DNA of 64,000 nt from an uncultured Oscillospiraceae bacterium (GTDB lineage Bacteria > Bacillota > Clostridia > Oscillospirales > Oscillospiraceae). A program made the translations under genes and the position numbers. The stretch covers positions 2,474 to 66,473 of the forward strand of contig CAZFCH010000001.1 of NCBI GenBank assembly GCA_964517445.1, read 5' to 3'. Of the stretch, positions 20,606 through 28,581 are shown one piece after another. The notes under the pieces were generated by a model. That model was given only the letters and a program-made list of their open reading frames with translations, was not told the origin of the DNA and ran no database searches. The first letter of the stretch is position 1. Each line of letters starts with the position of its first letter.

Positions 20606-21975
20606 TTAAAGAGTACAAGACCATAAGAGAGATTGCCAGCCCCCTGATGGTGGTCGACGGCGTTGAAGGCGTCACCTATGATGAGCTTGGCGAGCTTGAG
20701 CTTCCCAACGGCGAAGTCCGCCGCTGCAAGGTTCTCGAAGTCGAAGGCAATAAGGCTGTCGTTCAGCTGTTCGAGTCTGCGCAGGGCATCAACCTTGCCG
20801 AGACCAAGGTTCGCTTCCTCGGTCACCCGCAGCAGCTTGCCGTCAGCGAGGACATGCTTGGCCGTGTCTTCAACGGCATGGGCCAGCCCATCGACGGCGG
20901 CCCCGCCATTCTTGCCGAGGCGCATATGGATATAAACGGTCTGCCGATGAACCCGGCATCCCGTGCCTACCCCGCCGAGTTTATCCAGACAGGCGTCTCC
21001 ACGATTGACGGTCTGAACACCCTCGTCCGCGGTCAGAAGCTGCCGATCTTCTCCGGTTCCGGTCTGCCGCACGCGGCTCTCGCCGCGCAGATTACGCGTC
21101 AGGCAAAGGTTCTGGGCGATAACGAGACTTTCGCCGTCGTCTTCGCTGCCATCGGCATCACCTTTGAGGAGTCTGAGTACTTCATCGAGGACTTCCGCCG
21201 CACCGGCGCCATCGACCGTACCGTCGTTTTCTCGAACCTTGCAAACGACCCCGCCGTCGAGCGTATCGCCACCCCGCGTATGGCCCTGACCGCTGCGGAG
21301 TATCTCGCATTCGAGAAGGACATGCAGGTTCTCGTTATTCTCACCGATATCACAAACTACGCCGAAGCTCTGCGTGAAGTCTCCGCAGCAAAGAAAGAAG
21401 TCCCCGGCCGCCGCGGTTACCCCGGCTACCTGTACACCGACCTTGCCACCATGTATGAGCGCGCCGGCCGCCGTCAGGGTAAGAAGGGTTCGATCACCAT
21501 GATTCCAATCCTCACCATGCCTGAAGACGACAAGACTCACCCCATCCCCGACCTTACCGGCTACATCACCGAAGGCCAGATCATCCTCAGCCGTGAGCTG
21601 CACCGCAAGGGCATCGTGCCCCCGGTCGACGTTCTGCCGTCCCTGAGCCGTCTGAAGGATAAGGGCATCGGTGTCGGCAAGACTCGTGAAGACCACGCCG
21701 GCACGATGAACCAGCTCTTCGCCGCATACTCCCGCGGCAAGGACGCCAAGGAGCTTATGACCATACTCGGCGAAGCCGCCCTGTCGGACGACGATAAGCT
21801 GTTCGCGAAGTTTGCCGATGAGTTTGAAAAGCGCTATGTCAGCCAGGGCAACAACACCAACCGCAGCATCGAAGAGACCCTCGACCTCGGCTGGGAGCTG
21901 CTGAGCCTGCTGCCGCGCCGTGAACTCAAGCGTGTCAAGCCCGAGATGATCGACAAGTACATGCCCAAAAAGTAA
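20602..21975 (+). CDS. ntpB: V-type ATPase subunit B
   Basis: 457 aa. Its start overlaps the ntpA stop in an ATGA. It has the conserved SGSGLPH and [15 protein letters not shown] motifs. Confidence 0.97.
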   Translation: MIKEYKTIREIASPLMVVDGVEGVTYDELGELELPNGEVRRCKVLEVEGNKAVVQLFESAQGINLAETKVRFLGHPQQLAVSEDMLGRVFNGMGQPIDGGPAILAEAHMDINGLPMNPASRAYPAEFIQTGVSTIDGLNTLVRGQKLPIFSGSGLPHAALAAQITRQAKVLGDNETFAVVFAAIGITFEESEYFIEDFRRTGAIDRTVVFSNLANDPAVERIATPRMALTAAEYLAFEKDMQVLVILTDITNYAEALREVSAAKKEVPGRRGYPGYLYTDLATMYERAGRRQGKKGSITMIPILTMPEDDKTHPIPDLTGYITEGQIILSRELHRKGIVPPVDVLPSLSRLKDKGIGVGKTREDHAGTMNQLFAAYSRGKDAKELMTILGEAALSDDDKLFAKFADEFEKRYVSQGNNTNRSIEETLDLGWELLSLLPRRELKRVKPEMIDKYMPKK

Positions 21976-22020
21976 GACCCCATATAACACAAATTAACTG
22001 ATTTACGGAGGTGATACTTT

Positions 22021-22671
22021 TTGGCAGGTAAGACGATAACCCCGACCAGAATGGTGCTCAACCAGCTCAAGGGCAGACTCAAGACCGCGCGCCGCGGCCA
22101 CAAGCTGCTCAAGGACAAACGCGATGAGCTGATGCGCCAGTTCATGGATGTGGTCAAGCTCAACAAGCAGCTGCGTACCCGTGTTGAGGAAGGGCTGACC
22201 GGAGCCTTTGCGTCCCTTCAGGTTGCAAGCTCCATCATGTCCCCCGAGATGCTGGAACAGGCTCTGCTCTATCCGCGCCAGAGCGTCGAGCTCGGCATGG
22301 ATTTCAAGAACATCATGAGCGTCAACGTCCCGGTGTACAGCTTCCATACCAAGAATAATGATCCCTCTGAGGTTTATCCCTACGGCTTTGCCCAGACCTC
22401 CGGCGAGTTGGACGACGCGCTGGAAAAGATGGCCAAGGTGTTCGAGGATATGCTGGAGCTGGCTCAGGTTGAGAAGACCATGCAGCTGCTCGCAGAGGAA
22501 ATAGAAAAGACCCGCCGCCGCGTCAACGCTTTGGAGTACGTTATGATCCCCGAGCTTGAGGAGAACATCAAATACATCTCCATGAAGCTTGAAGAGAACG
22601 AAAACTCCACCAAGGTCAGGCTGCTCAAGGTCAAGGAAATGGTGCTTCAGGACGCCCACAATTACAAATAA
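22021..22671 (+). CDS. ntpD: V-type ATPase subunit D (central stalk)
   Basis: 216 aa with a TTG start. It has PTRMVLNQLKGRLKTARRGHKLLKDKRDEL and a C-terminal RRRVNALE motif. Confidence 0.93.
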   Translation: MAGKTITPTRMVLNQLKGRLKTARRGHKLLKDKRDELMRQFMDVVKLNKQLRTRVEEGLTGAFASLQVASSIMSPEMLEQALLYPRQSVELGMDFKNIMSVNVPVYSFHTKNNDPSEVYPYGFAQTSGELDDALEKMAKVFEDMLELAQVEKTMQLLAEEIEKTRRRVNALEYVMIPELEENIKYISMKLEENENSTKVRLLKVKEMVLQDAHNYK

Positions 22672-22683
22672 GCAAAACAACAT

Positions 22684-22714
22684 CCCCACCTCCGAATCGG
22701 AGGTGGGGATGTTT
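22684..22714. terminator. Bidirectional terminator between ntpD and the convergent EFR1 gene
   Basis: Stem CCCCACCTCC / GGAGGTGGGG with a 5-nt loop. T-rich tracts flank it on both strands. Confidence 0.75.
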
Positions 22715-22734
22715 CATAATTCTTTATTGTGCTA

Positions 22735-23517
22735 TCAGTCGATGTGTATGACCTTCTGGCAGAGGTCGGCAGCAGAAACATTGGGGTTGTGGTAGCGCTC
22801 GCGCTTGACGGTTGCGCCGCCCATGTTTATTGCCTGCTTCGGGCAGTACTGCAGGCAGCTCAGACAGCCGATGCAGTTCGTGCCGATGTTTGCCTTGCCG
22901 TTGACTATGCTGATATTCCCGCGCGGGCAGAGCTTTGCGCACTGGCCGCAGCCGACACAGCTGTCGGTCACGGTCATCTTCGCGGCCTTCTTGCCCGAGA
23001 GCATCGGCCATGCCTTTGCTTCGAGGGCATTTACGGGGTTCGACAGTGGGCGTCCGCTGAGGTGCTTGACATAGAGAATGTCGTCTGCAATCTTTGCCGT
23101 CAGCTTCTCGGAGCGTGCCTGTGCCTTCTCTGCGTCAAGTGGGGGTACCATCATGTTATGCGGCATAAGCCATATGCAGGAGCACTGGTGGGTTATGCCC
23201 GCCCAGTAATCCAGCGGCACGATATCGTGGATCTTTGCCATACCAACGCCAGGGTAGCCGGCATAGCACACGACGCCGAAAGTGTAGCTCTCAGGATCGA
23301 CGCGCAGCTCAGAAACGAACTTCTCCACATCGCCGGGCAGACCGCCTGCATAGCACGGGAACACGAAACCGACGCGCTTTGCACCGCGCACGTCTTTCAC
23401 CTCAGGCTCTGCGCGCATCATTACGATGTCCGTATCGCTGATACGCTTTGCGATGTTTTTTGCGATGTCGAGACAGTTGCCGCTGCCGGAATAGCAGAAT
23501 ATAACATTTTTGCTCAT
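22735..23517 (-). CDS. EFR1-family ferrodoxin (flavodoxin-like domain fused to 2x[4Fe-4S] ferredoxin)
   Basis: 260 aa. It has an N-terminal flavodoxin-like MSKNVIFCYSGSGNC and C-terminal CVGCGQCAKLCP and CIGCLSCLQYCP cluster motifs. Confidence 0.75.
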   Translation of the reverse strand: MSKNVIFCYSGSGNCLDIAKNIAKRISDTDIVMMRAEPEVKDVRGAKRVGFVFPCYAGGLPGDVEKFVSELRVDPESYTFGVVCYAGYPGVGMAKIHDIVPLDYWAGITHQCSCIWLMPHNMMVPPLDAEKAQARSEKLTAKIADDILYVKHLSGRPLSNPVNALEAKAWPMLSGKKAAKMTVTDSCVGCGQCAKLCPRGNISIVNGKANIGTNCIGCLSCLQYCPKQAINMGGATVKRERYHNPNVSAADLCQKVIHID

Positions 23518-23639
23518 TTGTACTCCTCCTTGTGAAATTATTACCTATCCACTGCTGCTATTATATAACGCAACGATGTTTCGAACAATATACAAAAAAT
23601 GAATTTTTGTATCACGCGAAAGGTTTTTCGGAGCCTATT

Positions 23640-24422
23640 CTATATTTTTGAGACTTGACGGCTTCGGCGCGTCAACAGCCGAACCACAGTGAAAATCAAC
23701 CATGCACCGAAGCACACGCAGGGGATATACAGCGCCGTCGCAGCATACCAGCCGAAGCGTGAAGCAATGTCCTTAAAAACAACTATCGTATTGTTGGCAG
23801 GGCCCACAAAGAACATGTTGATCTTTCCGTTTGAAGCATCGAAAAACGCGAGGTTAATGCAGAACGCAATGCTGCACAGGAGCAGGAACAACACCGTCGC
23901 GCGCCAGAAGTCCTTGGACGATTTCGGACCGTTGCCTGAAAGGATAAGAAGCAGCCCAATGAAAACCAGCAGCGTGTGCCAGGCAAAGCCATGCAGCGTC
24001 AGCGTCCAGTATTCGTGGCTGATGCTGGACGGCTCGAGCAACGCCAGAAAACCGCCCAGCAGATTGTATGTGCAGAGGAAGGTATATATCGCGCTGCGAG
24101 CATTTTCGCTACGCGTGAGGTTTGTGGTCAGGCACAGGTACATCGGAATGCTGCACAGCTGAAACGGGAATACCTGCCATAGGATGCTTCCCTGCCCGAT
24201 CACGTAATAGTAAAACAGCTGCTTGTATGATTCACAGAGTATCAGAAAAATCCCGACGCCGAGAAGAATGCGACGGCAGCAGACTTCGCCGCATCTACGG
24301 AGCGCAAAGGCAAGCGCTGCACTGCCGCCGAGGCCGAATATCAGAAACAGCAGGTGAAATGTTCCGTATGCCGTCGGTGTCGTCATCGGCCATGCCGTTG
24401 CGGAAATCAACTGTTCAAGCAT
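23640..24422 (-). CDS. YwaF/TIGR02206-like polytopic membrane protein
   Basis: 260 aa with about 7 TM segments. The FPFQLCSIPMYL motif resembles the YwaF family. The assignment is tentative. Confidence 0.55.
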   Translation of the reverse strand: MLEQLISATAWPMTTPTAYGTFHLLFLIFGLGGSAALAFALRRCGEVCCRRILLGVGIFLILCESYKQLFYYYVIGQGSILWQVFPFQLCSIPMYLCLTTNLTRSENARSAIYTFLCTYNLLGGFLALLEPSSISHEYWTLTLHGFAWHTLLVFIGLLLILSGNGPKSSKDFWRATVLFLLLCSIAFCINLAFFDASNGKINMFFVGPANNTIVVFKDIASRFGWYAATALYIPCVCFGAWLIFTVVRLLTRRSRQVSKI

Positions 24423-24460
24423 GATTTCCTCCTTATACTGAAATCTGATTAAATCAGAAA

Positions 24461-24943
24461 TTAAAATAAGAATATTGAGTCATCGTTCTCGATCCAGTCG
24501 CTCACGGGGATTGTGCGGTACTCGGTCGGAGTCACGCGTATGACAACCCGGTCTATCCCCGCATTTATAATCTGCCGCTTGCACATCGAGCAGCTCATCG
24601 CGTCAGATAGCAGCTCATTTGTCGCAGCGGAGCGCCCGACGAGATAGAGCGTCGCGCCAATCATGTCCTGTCGGGAAGCGGAGATAATCGCGTTTGCCTC
24701 AGCATGAACGGAGCGGCAAAGCTCGTAGCGCTCGCCGGAGGGAATCTTCAGTGTCTCGCGCGTGCATGTGCCGAGGTCGGAGCAGTTGCGTCTGCCGCGC
24801 GGTGCGCCGTTATAGCCGGTGGAAATGATCTCGTCGTTACGCACGATTATCGCGCCGTATTTGCGGCGCAGACAGGTGGAGCGCTCGAGTACGGCGTCGG
24901 CAATGTCGAGGTAATAGTTCTGTTTGCTTGTCCTGTTATCCAT
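24461..24943 (-). CDS. comEB: dCMP deaminase (ComEB-type cytidine/deoxycytidylate deaminase)
   Basis: 160 aa with the HAEANAI and PCSMCKRQIINAGI zinc-binding motifs. Confidence 0.88.
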   Translation of the reverse strand: MDNRTSKQNYYLDIADAVLERSTCLRRKYGAIIVRNDEIISTGYNGAPRGRRNCSDLGTCTRETLKIPSGERYELCRSVHAEANAIISASRQDMIGATLYLVGRSAATNELLSDAMSCSMCKRQIINAGIDRVVIRVTPTEYRTIPVSDWIENDDSIFLF

Positions 24944-25042
24944 AGAGTATCCTCCGGCCGGATATTTATTTGCCCCGCAAATGGAGCCATATTAAATATA
25001 CATTACCGGCCGGAACACGTCAAGTGGACAGCTTATCATATT

Positions 25043-25085
25043 GAAGCCAGTAAGGGCCGCGCTGAGCGCGGCCCTTACTGGCTTC
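25043..25085 (-). terminator. Strong 20-bp hairpin downstream of the hydrogenase gene (no good U-tract)
   Basis: Stem GAAGCCAGTAAGGGCCGCGC / GCGCGGCCCTTACTGGCTTC with a 3-nt loop. On the minus strand it is followed by AATATGAT. Confidence 0.5.
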
Positions 25086-25110
25086 AAAAAATATTAATCA
25101 GATATTAGTG

Positions 25111-26559
25111 TCAGGCCTTACCCGCGGCCTTCTCTTCAAGATCCTTGTCTATCTCGGCAGCAGAGGAGAGTGAGTCGGCAATGCTCTTGAGCTGTGCCTG
25201 CTGGCTGTGCGCGTCGACCTTGACGCTGTTTCGCTCATTGTGCGTCATGCAGCCTGCGCCGTTCACGCAGCCGCCGACGCACGCCATACCCTCGACAAAG
25301 TTTGCGTCAAGCTTTCCTCTCGTTGCCTTCATCAGCGCAAGCTTGCACTCCTCAATACCGTTGCAGCTGAGCGGCTTGAGCTCAAAATCTATACCCTGCT
25401 CCTTCAGCGCCTCGGCAGCAGCAGCAGCAAGCCCGCCGCAGTGGGCGAATATACGTCCGTAGCCGGAAGCATTATTGAGCACCGTCTCTTCCATTCCGGC
25501 CACGTCAAGCTCGCGGCTGTCAAACATTGCCTGAAGCTCCTCAAAGGTAAGCACGCAGTCGACGTACTTGTGTACCTCAGGCAGCTGGAACTCGCCCTTC
25601 TTCGCCGTGCAGGGTCCGATGAATATCGTTTTTGCCTCGGGGTCCTTTTCCTTTATGCGCTTTGCTATTGTCGCCATGGGGGACATGTTGTGCGATATAT
25701 TTCCCTGAAGCTCCGGGAAGCTCTTGCGGATATAGCTCACAAATGCCGGGCAGCAGGAACTGGTGAGGAAACCTCGCTCGGCAAGCTCCGCAGCCTCGTT
25801 ATACGCAACCATGTCTGCACCGAGGGCCGCTTCGAGCACATCGCAAAAGCCGAGAGCCTTGATGGCCGTAATAACCTGCCCGGGCTTTGCATATGTAAAC
25901 TGGCTGACAATCGCCGGGGCGACTATCGCGTAAACGCGGTCGCTGTTCTTAAGCATCTTTATTGCGTCAAGGATAAATGACTTATCCGACAGTGCGCCGA
26001 ACGGGCACTGGTAGACGCACGCGCCGCAGGAAATGCACTTACTGTTGTCGATCTTGACAGTGCCGTCCTCGTTCATGGATATTGCGCCTACCTTGCAGGC
26101 GTTCTGGCAGGGGCGCTTGCGGTTATATATAGCCGAGTAAGGGCAGACGGCAGCGCACTTGCCGCAGTTGACGCACTTGCTCTTGTCGATATGCGCGTGG
26201 TGGAACTCATCGTGCGTGATTGCGCCGCGCGGGCAGGCGTCCTCGCAGCGATGCGCGATGCAGCCGCGGCAGGCCTCGGTCACGGTGTATCCCCCGGTCG
26301 GACAGTCATCACATGCGATGTCGAGCGCCTCGATGACGTTCGGGTTGCTCCTGTCCCCGCCCGCGGCGAGCTTGACGCGCTCTGCCAGTATCGCGCGTTC
26401 CTTGTACACGCAGCAGCGCATCGTCGGCGTCTTGCCCGGGATTATCTCCTTCGGGATGTCCAGAAACGACTCATAAAAATCAGAGTCCCATGCGTGCTTT
26501 GCAACCGTGCGCAGAACCTTATATTTGAGGTGCTGGACTTTTGTATCAAATTTATGCAT
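25111..26559 (-). CDS. [FeFe]-hydrogenase catalytic protein (HydA-like, with N-terminal multi-[4Fe-4S] ferredoxin region)
   Basis: H-cluster motifs TSSCCPAFV, IGPCTAKKGE and EGMACVGGCVNGAGC, plus CVNCGKCAAVCP and CISCGACVYQCP. I moved the start to the ATG at 26559, 9 nt after GGAAGG; the ORF-track start is a GTG abutting the SD. Confidence 0.85.
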   Translation of the reverse strand: MHKFDTKVQHLKYKVLRTVAKHAWDSDFYESFLDIPKEIIPGKTPTMRCCVYKERAILAERVKLAAGGDRSNPNVIEALDIACDDCPTGGYTVTEACRGCIAHRCEDACPRGAITHDEFHHAHIDKSKCVNCGKCAAVCPYSAIYNRKRPCQNACKVGAISMNEDGTVKIDNSKCISCGACVYQCPFGALSDKSFILDAIKMLKNSDRVYAIVAPAIVSQFTYAKPGQVITAIKALGFCDVLEAALGADMVAYNEAAELAERGFLTSSCCPAFVSYIRKSFPELQGNISHNMSPMATIAKRIKEKDPEAKTIFIGPCTAKKGEFQLPEVHKYVDCVLTFEELQAMFDSRELDVAGMEETVLNNASGYGRIFAHCGGLAAAAAEALKEQGIDFELKPLSCNGIEECKLALMKATRGKLDANFVEGMACVGGCVNGAGCMTHNERNSVKVDAHSQQAQLKSIADSLSSAAEIDKDLEEKAAGKA

Positions 26560-26628
26560 CTTTTTCACCCTTCCGACAAAGCCGTTCAGAAATCGTTAAA
26601 ATTATTTCTTTCACAATCATCTGGATGT

Positions 26629-26657
26629 ATTATATATTAAAAAAATCAGTTTGTCCA
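26629..26657 (-). promoter_or_regulatory. Promoter candidate for the hydrogenase gene (TGGACA-17-TATAAT, minus strand)
   Basis: On the plus strand the sequences are ATTATA at 26629-26634 and TGTCCA at 26652-26657. It lies about 70 nt upstream of the start codon. Confidence 0.45.
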
Positions 26658-26836
26658 GATTAAACAAAATGTAAACAAGACATTTGTACGGAACAACAAA
26701 TCAGACAGTCCCGGCAATATGTTCAGCCCTCCCCTTTATGTTTATTTATACAAGCGGGTTCGTCCTTGTCAAATGGCGGTATCGGGATTGCATAAGCGGA
26801 CGCCGTGTGTTATTATAGCCGCAGGAGTTGATTAAT

Positions 26837-27370
26837 TTGAAACTGAAGAAGATCTTACCTGTAATAGTTCTGGTACTGGCGCTTGCCTTGTGCGCCTGCG
26901 GCGGAGAGCAGATTGCAGACGCCATCATCGGCGGAGCTGACAGCTCGACCGTTATTTCCCTCACTACGTCGACGGGCAGTCCGGTCGATGACGCTGCCGA
27001 CGAACCTGCGCAGTCCGACACAGAGCAGATACAGGAGGACGGCACATACACCACCAAGGAAGATGTTGCTTTATATATCCACACCTACGGCCATCTCCCG
27101 TCTAACTTTGTCACGAAGAACGAGGCAAAGCAGGCCGGTTGGGAAGGCGGCTCGCTTGAAAAATACCTGCCGGGTAAGTGCATCGGCGGTGACCGCTTCG
27201 GCAACCGCGAAGGGCTTCTGCCTGATGCCCAGGGTCGGACATGGACAGAGTGCGATATTAATACTCTCGGCGCATCATCTCGCGGCGCGGAGCGCATCGT
27301 CTTCTCCAACGACGGGCTCATCTACTACACCGGCGACCATTACGACAGCTTCGAGCTGCTCTACGACTGA
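26837..27370 (+). CDS. Barnase-family (N1/T1/Sa-type) secreted ribonuclease, probable lipoprotein
   Basis: The C-terminal 110 aa align by eye with barnase and conserve its catalytic residues: GNREGLLP (Glu73), GRTWTECDIN (Arg83/87) and GDHYDSF (His102). The N-terminus MKLKKILPVIVLVLALALCACGG has a lipobox-like Cys. The TTG at 26837 lies 9 nt after AGGAG; an alternative TTG is at 26828. Confidence 0.85.
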   Translation: MKLKKILPVIVLVLALALCACGGEQIADAIIGGADSSTVISLTTSTGSPVDDAADEPAQSDTEQIQEDGTYTTKEDVALYIHTYGHLPSNFVTKNEAKQAGWEGGSLEKYLPGKCIGGDRFGNREGLLPDAQGRTWTECDINTLGASSRGAERIVFSNDGLIYYTGDHYDSFELLYD

Positions 27371-27385
27371 TACTCATAAGATGTA

Positions 27386-27433
27386 AAAGACCGCCCCTGT
27401 CAATCGAACGGATTGACAGGGGCGGTCTTTCTG
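27386..27433. terminator. Bidirectional terminator between the ribonuclease gene and the convergent lspA-rluD operon
   Basis: A 20-bp perfect stem, AAAGACCGCCCCTGTCAATC / GATTGACAGGGGCGGTCTTT, with a 5-nt loop and T-runs on both strands. Confidence 0.9.
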
Positions 27434-27448
27434 TGCGCTTCTCTGCAC

Positions 27449-27646
27449 TTATCTCTTCTTCGCCGCATAGAGGAACATCCACACGACAATCACTACCAGC
27501 GCGAAGATAACGACTATGCCAAGTACGGCGTTGAACGCACCGCTGACAATGCTTATCGCACCGCTTATCAGTTTTGCCGCCAATACGAGCACGCCTATCA
27601 CAACTGCCAGCGCAATGACGATGCGTATAATCTTACTCTTGTTCAT
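27449..27646 (-). CDS. Small hydrophobic protein (two predicted TM helices), last gene of the lspA-rluD operon
   Basis: 65 aa with an ATGA overlap with the rluD stop. It is highly hydrophobic with a KKR tail. No family was recognised. Confidence 0.5.
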   Translation of the reverse strand: MNKSKIIRIVIALAVVIGVLVLAAKLISGAISIVSGAFNAVLGIVVIFALVVIVVWMFLYAAKKR

Positions 27647-28581
27647 TCCGTTTCCCCTTTTCTTTCTATCGTTCCGAGCTTATCGAGCACAGCGGTGAAA
27701 TATTCCGGCAACTCCGATTCAAACCGCAGCTGCTCTCCTGTCACCGGATGAACCAAGTGCAGCCGCCGCGCATGAAGGCACTGACCCTCCAACCCCTTAT
27801 CCGGGCATTTTGCGCCGTATAGTCCGTCGCCAAGCAGAGGGTGGCCAATACTGGCCAAGTGAACTCTTATTTGATGCGTCCGACCCGTTTCAAGGCGGCA
27901 CTGAATATGCGAATAGCCCCTGTACTCTGCAAGCAGTTTCCAGTGTGTGACGGCGGCTTTCGAGTTCTTTTCCGTCACGGCCATGCGTTTGCGGTCAACC
28001 GGATGGCGGCCTATGGGTCTGTCTATCACGCCTGAATTCTCTCGCATATGGCCGTTGACCACCGCCTCATATTCTCTGTATAGGCTGTGATCCGACAGCT
28101 GTGCCGACAGCCCCTTGTGCGCCGCGTCGTTCTTCGCCGCGACTATGAGTCCCGAGGTGTCCTTATCAATACGGTGAACTATGCCGGGTCTGCGCTCCCC
28201 GCCGATGCCGGATAGGCTGTCTCCGCAATGGTACATCAGTGCGTTTACGAGTGTGCCGTCCGGGTGTCCCGGGGCCGGGTGAACCACCATGCCTCGGGGC
28301 TTATTGACAACGATGATATCTGCATCCTCATAGACAATGTCGAGCGGAATATCTTGCGCTTCAAGCGGAATGTCCTGCGTTTCCGGAAGGAGCAACTCAA
28401 TTATATCCCCTGCATTTCCGCGGTAGTTCTTTTTCAGCGGCTTACCGCCGAGCAGAACTGCCCCCGAGTCCAGACATTTCTGGATTTGGCTGCGTGAATA
28501 CTGCGGCAAAATACGGGCAAGGAGAGCGTCGATACGTTCTCCGCTCTCCTCAATTGTTATTTGTATTACGCTCTCGTCCAT
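27643..28581 (-). CDS. rluD: RluA-family 23S rRNA pseudouridine synthase (RluD-like)
   Basis: 312 aa with an N-terminal S4 domain and the HRIDKDTSGLIVAAK catalytic motif. It shows conserved synteny with lspA. Confidence 0.92.
   Translation of the reverse strand: MDESVIQITIEESGERIDALLARILPQYSRSQIQKCLDSGAVLLGGKPLKKNYRGNAGDIIELLLPETQDIPLEAQDIPLDIVYEDADIIVVNKPRGMVVHPAPGHPDGTLVNALMYHCGDSLSGIGGERRPGIVHRIDKDTSGLIVAAKNDAAHKGLSAQLSDHSLYREYEAVVNGHMRENSGVIDRPIGRHPVDRKRMAVTEKNSKAAVTHWKLLAEYRGYSHIQCRLETGRTHQIRVHLASIGHPLLGDGLYGAKCPDKGLEGQCLHARRLHLVHPVTGEQLRFESELPEYFTAVLDKLGTIERKGETE

Noticed and set aside
24444-24458. A 15-nt AT-rich palindrome, TCTGATT-A-AATCAGA, between the dCMP deaminase and ywaF-like genes.
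   Set aside because: It is too short and AT-rich to be a stable terminator, and no repeat of the motif occurs elsewhere in the window. It may be chance or a minor regulatory site.
26788-26816. A TTGCAT-17-TATTAT promoter-like sequence upstream of the ribonuclease gene.
   Set aside because: The predicted transcription start would fall on or inside the AGGAG ribosome-binding site (26823-26827). It is doubtful as the functional promoter, and I kept it out of the feature list.
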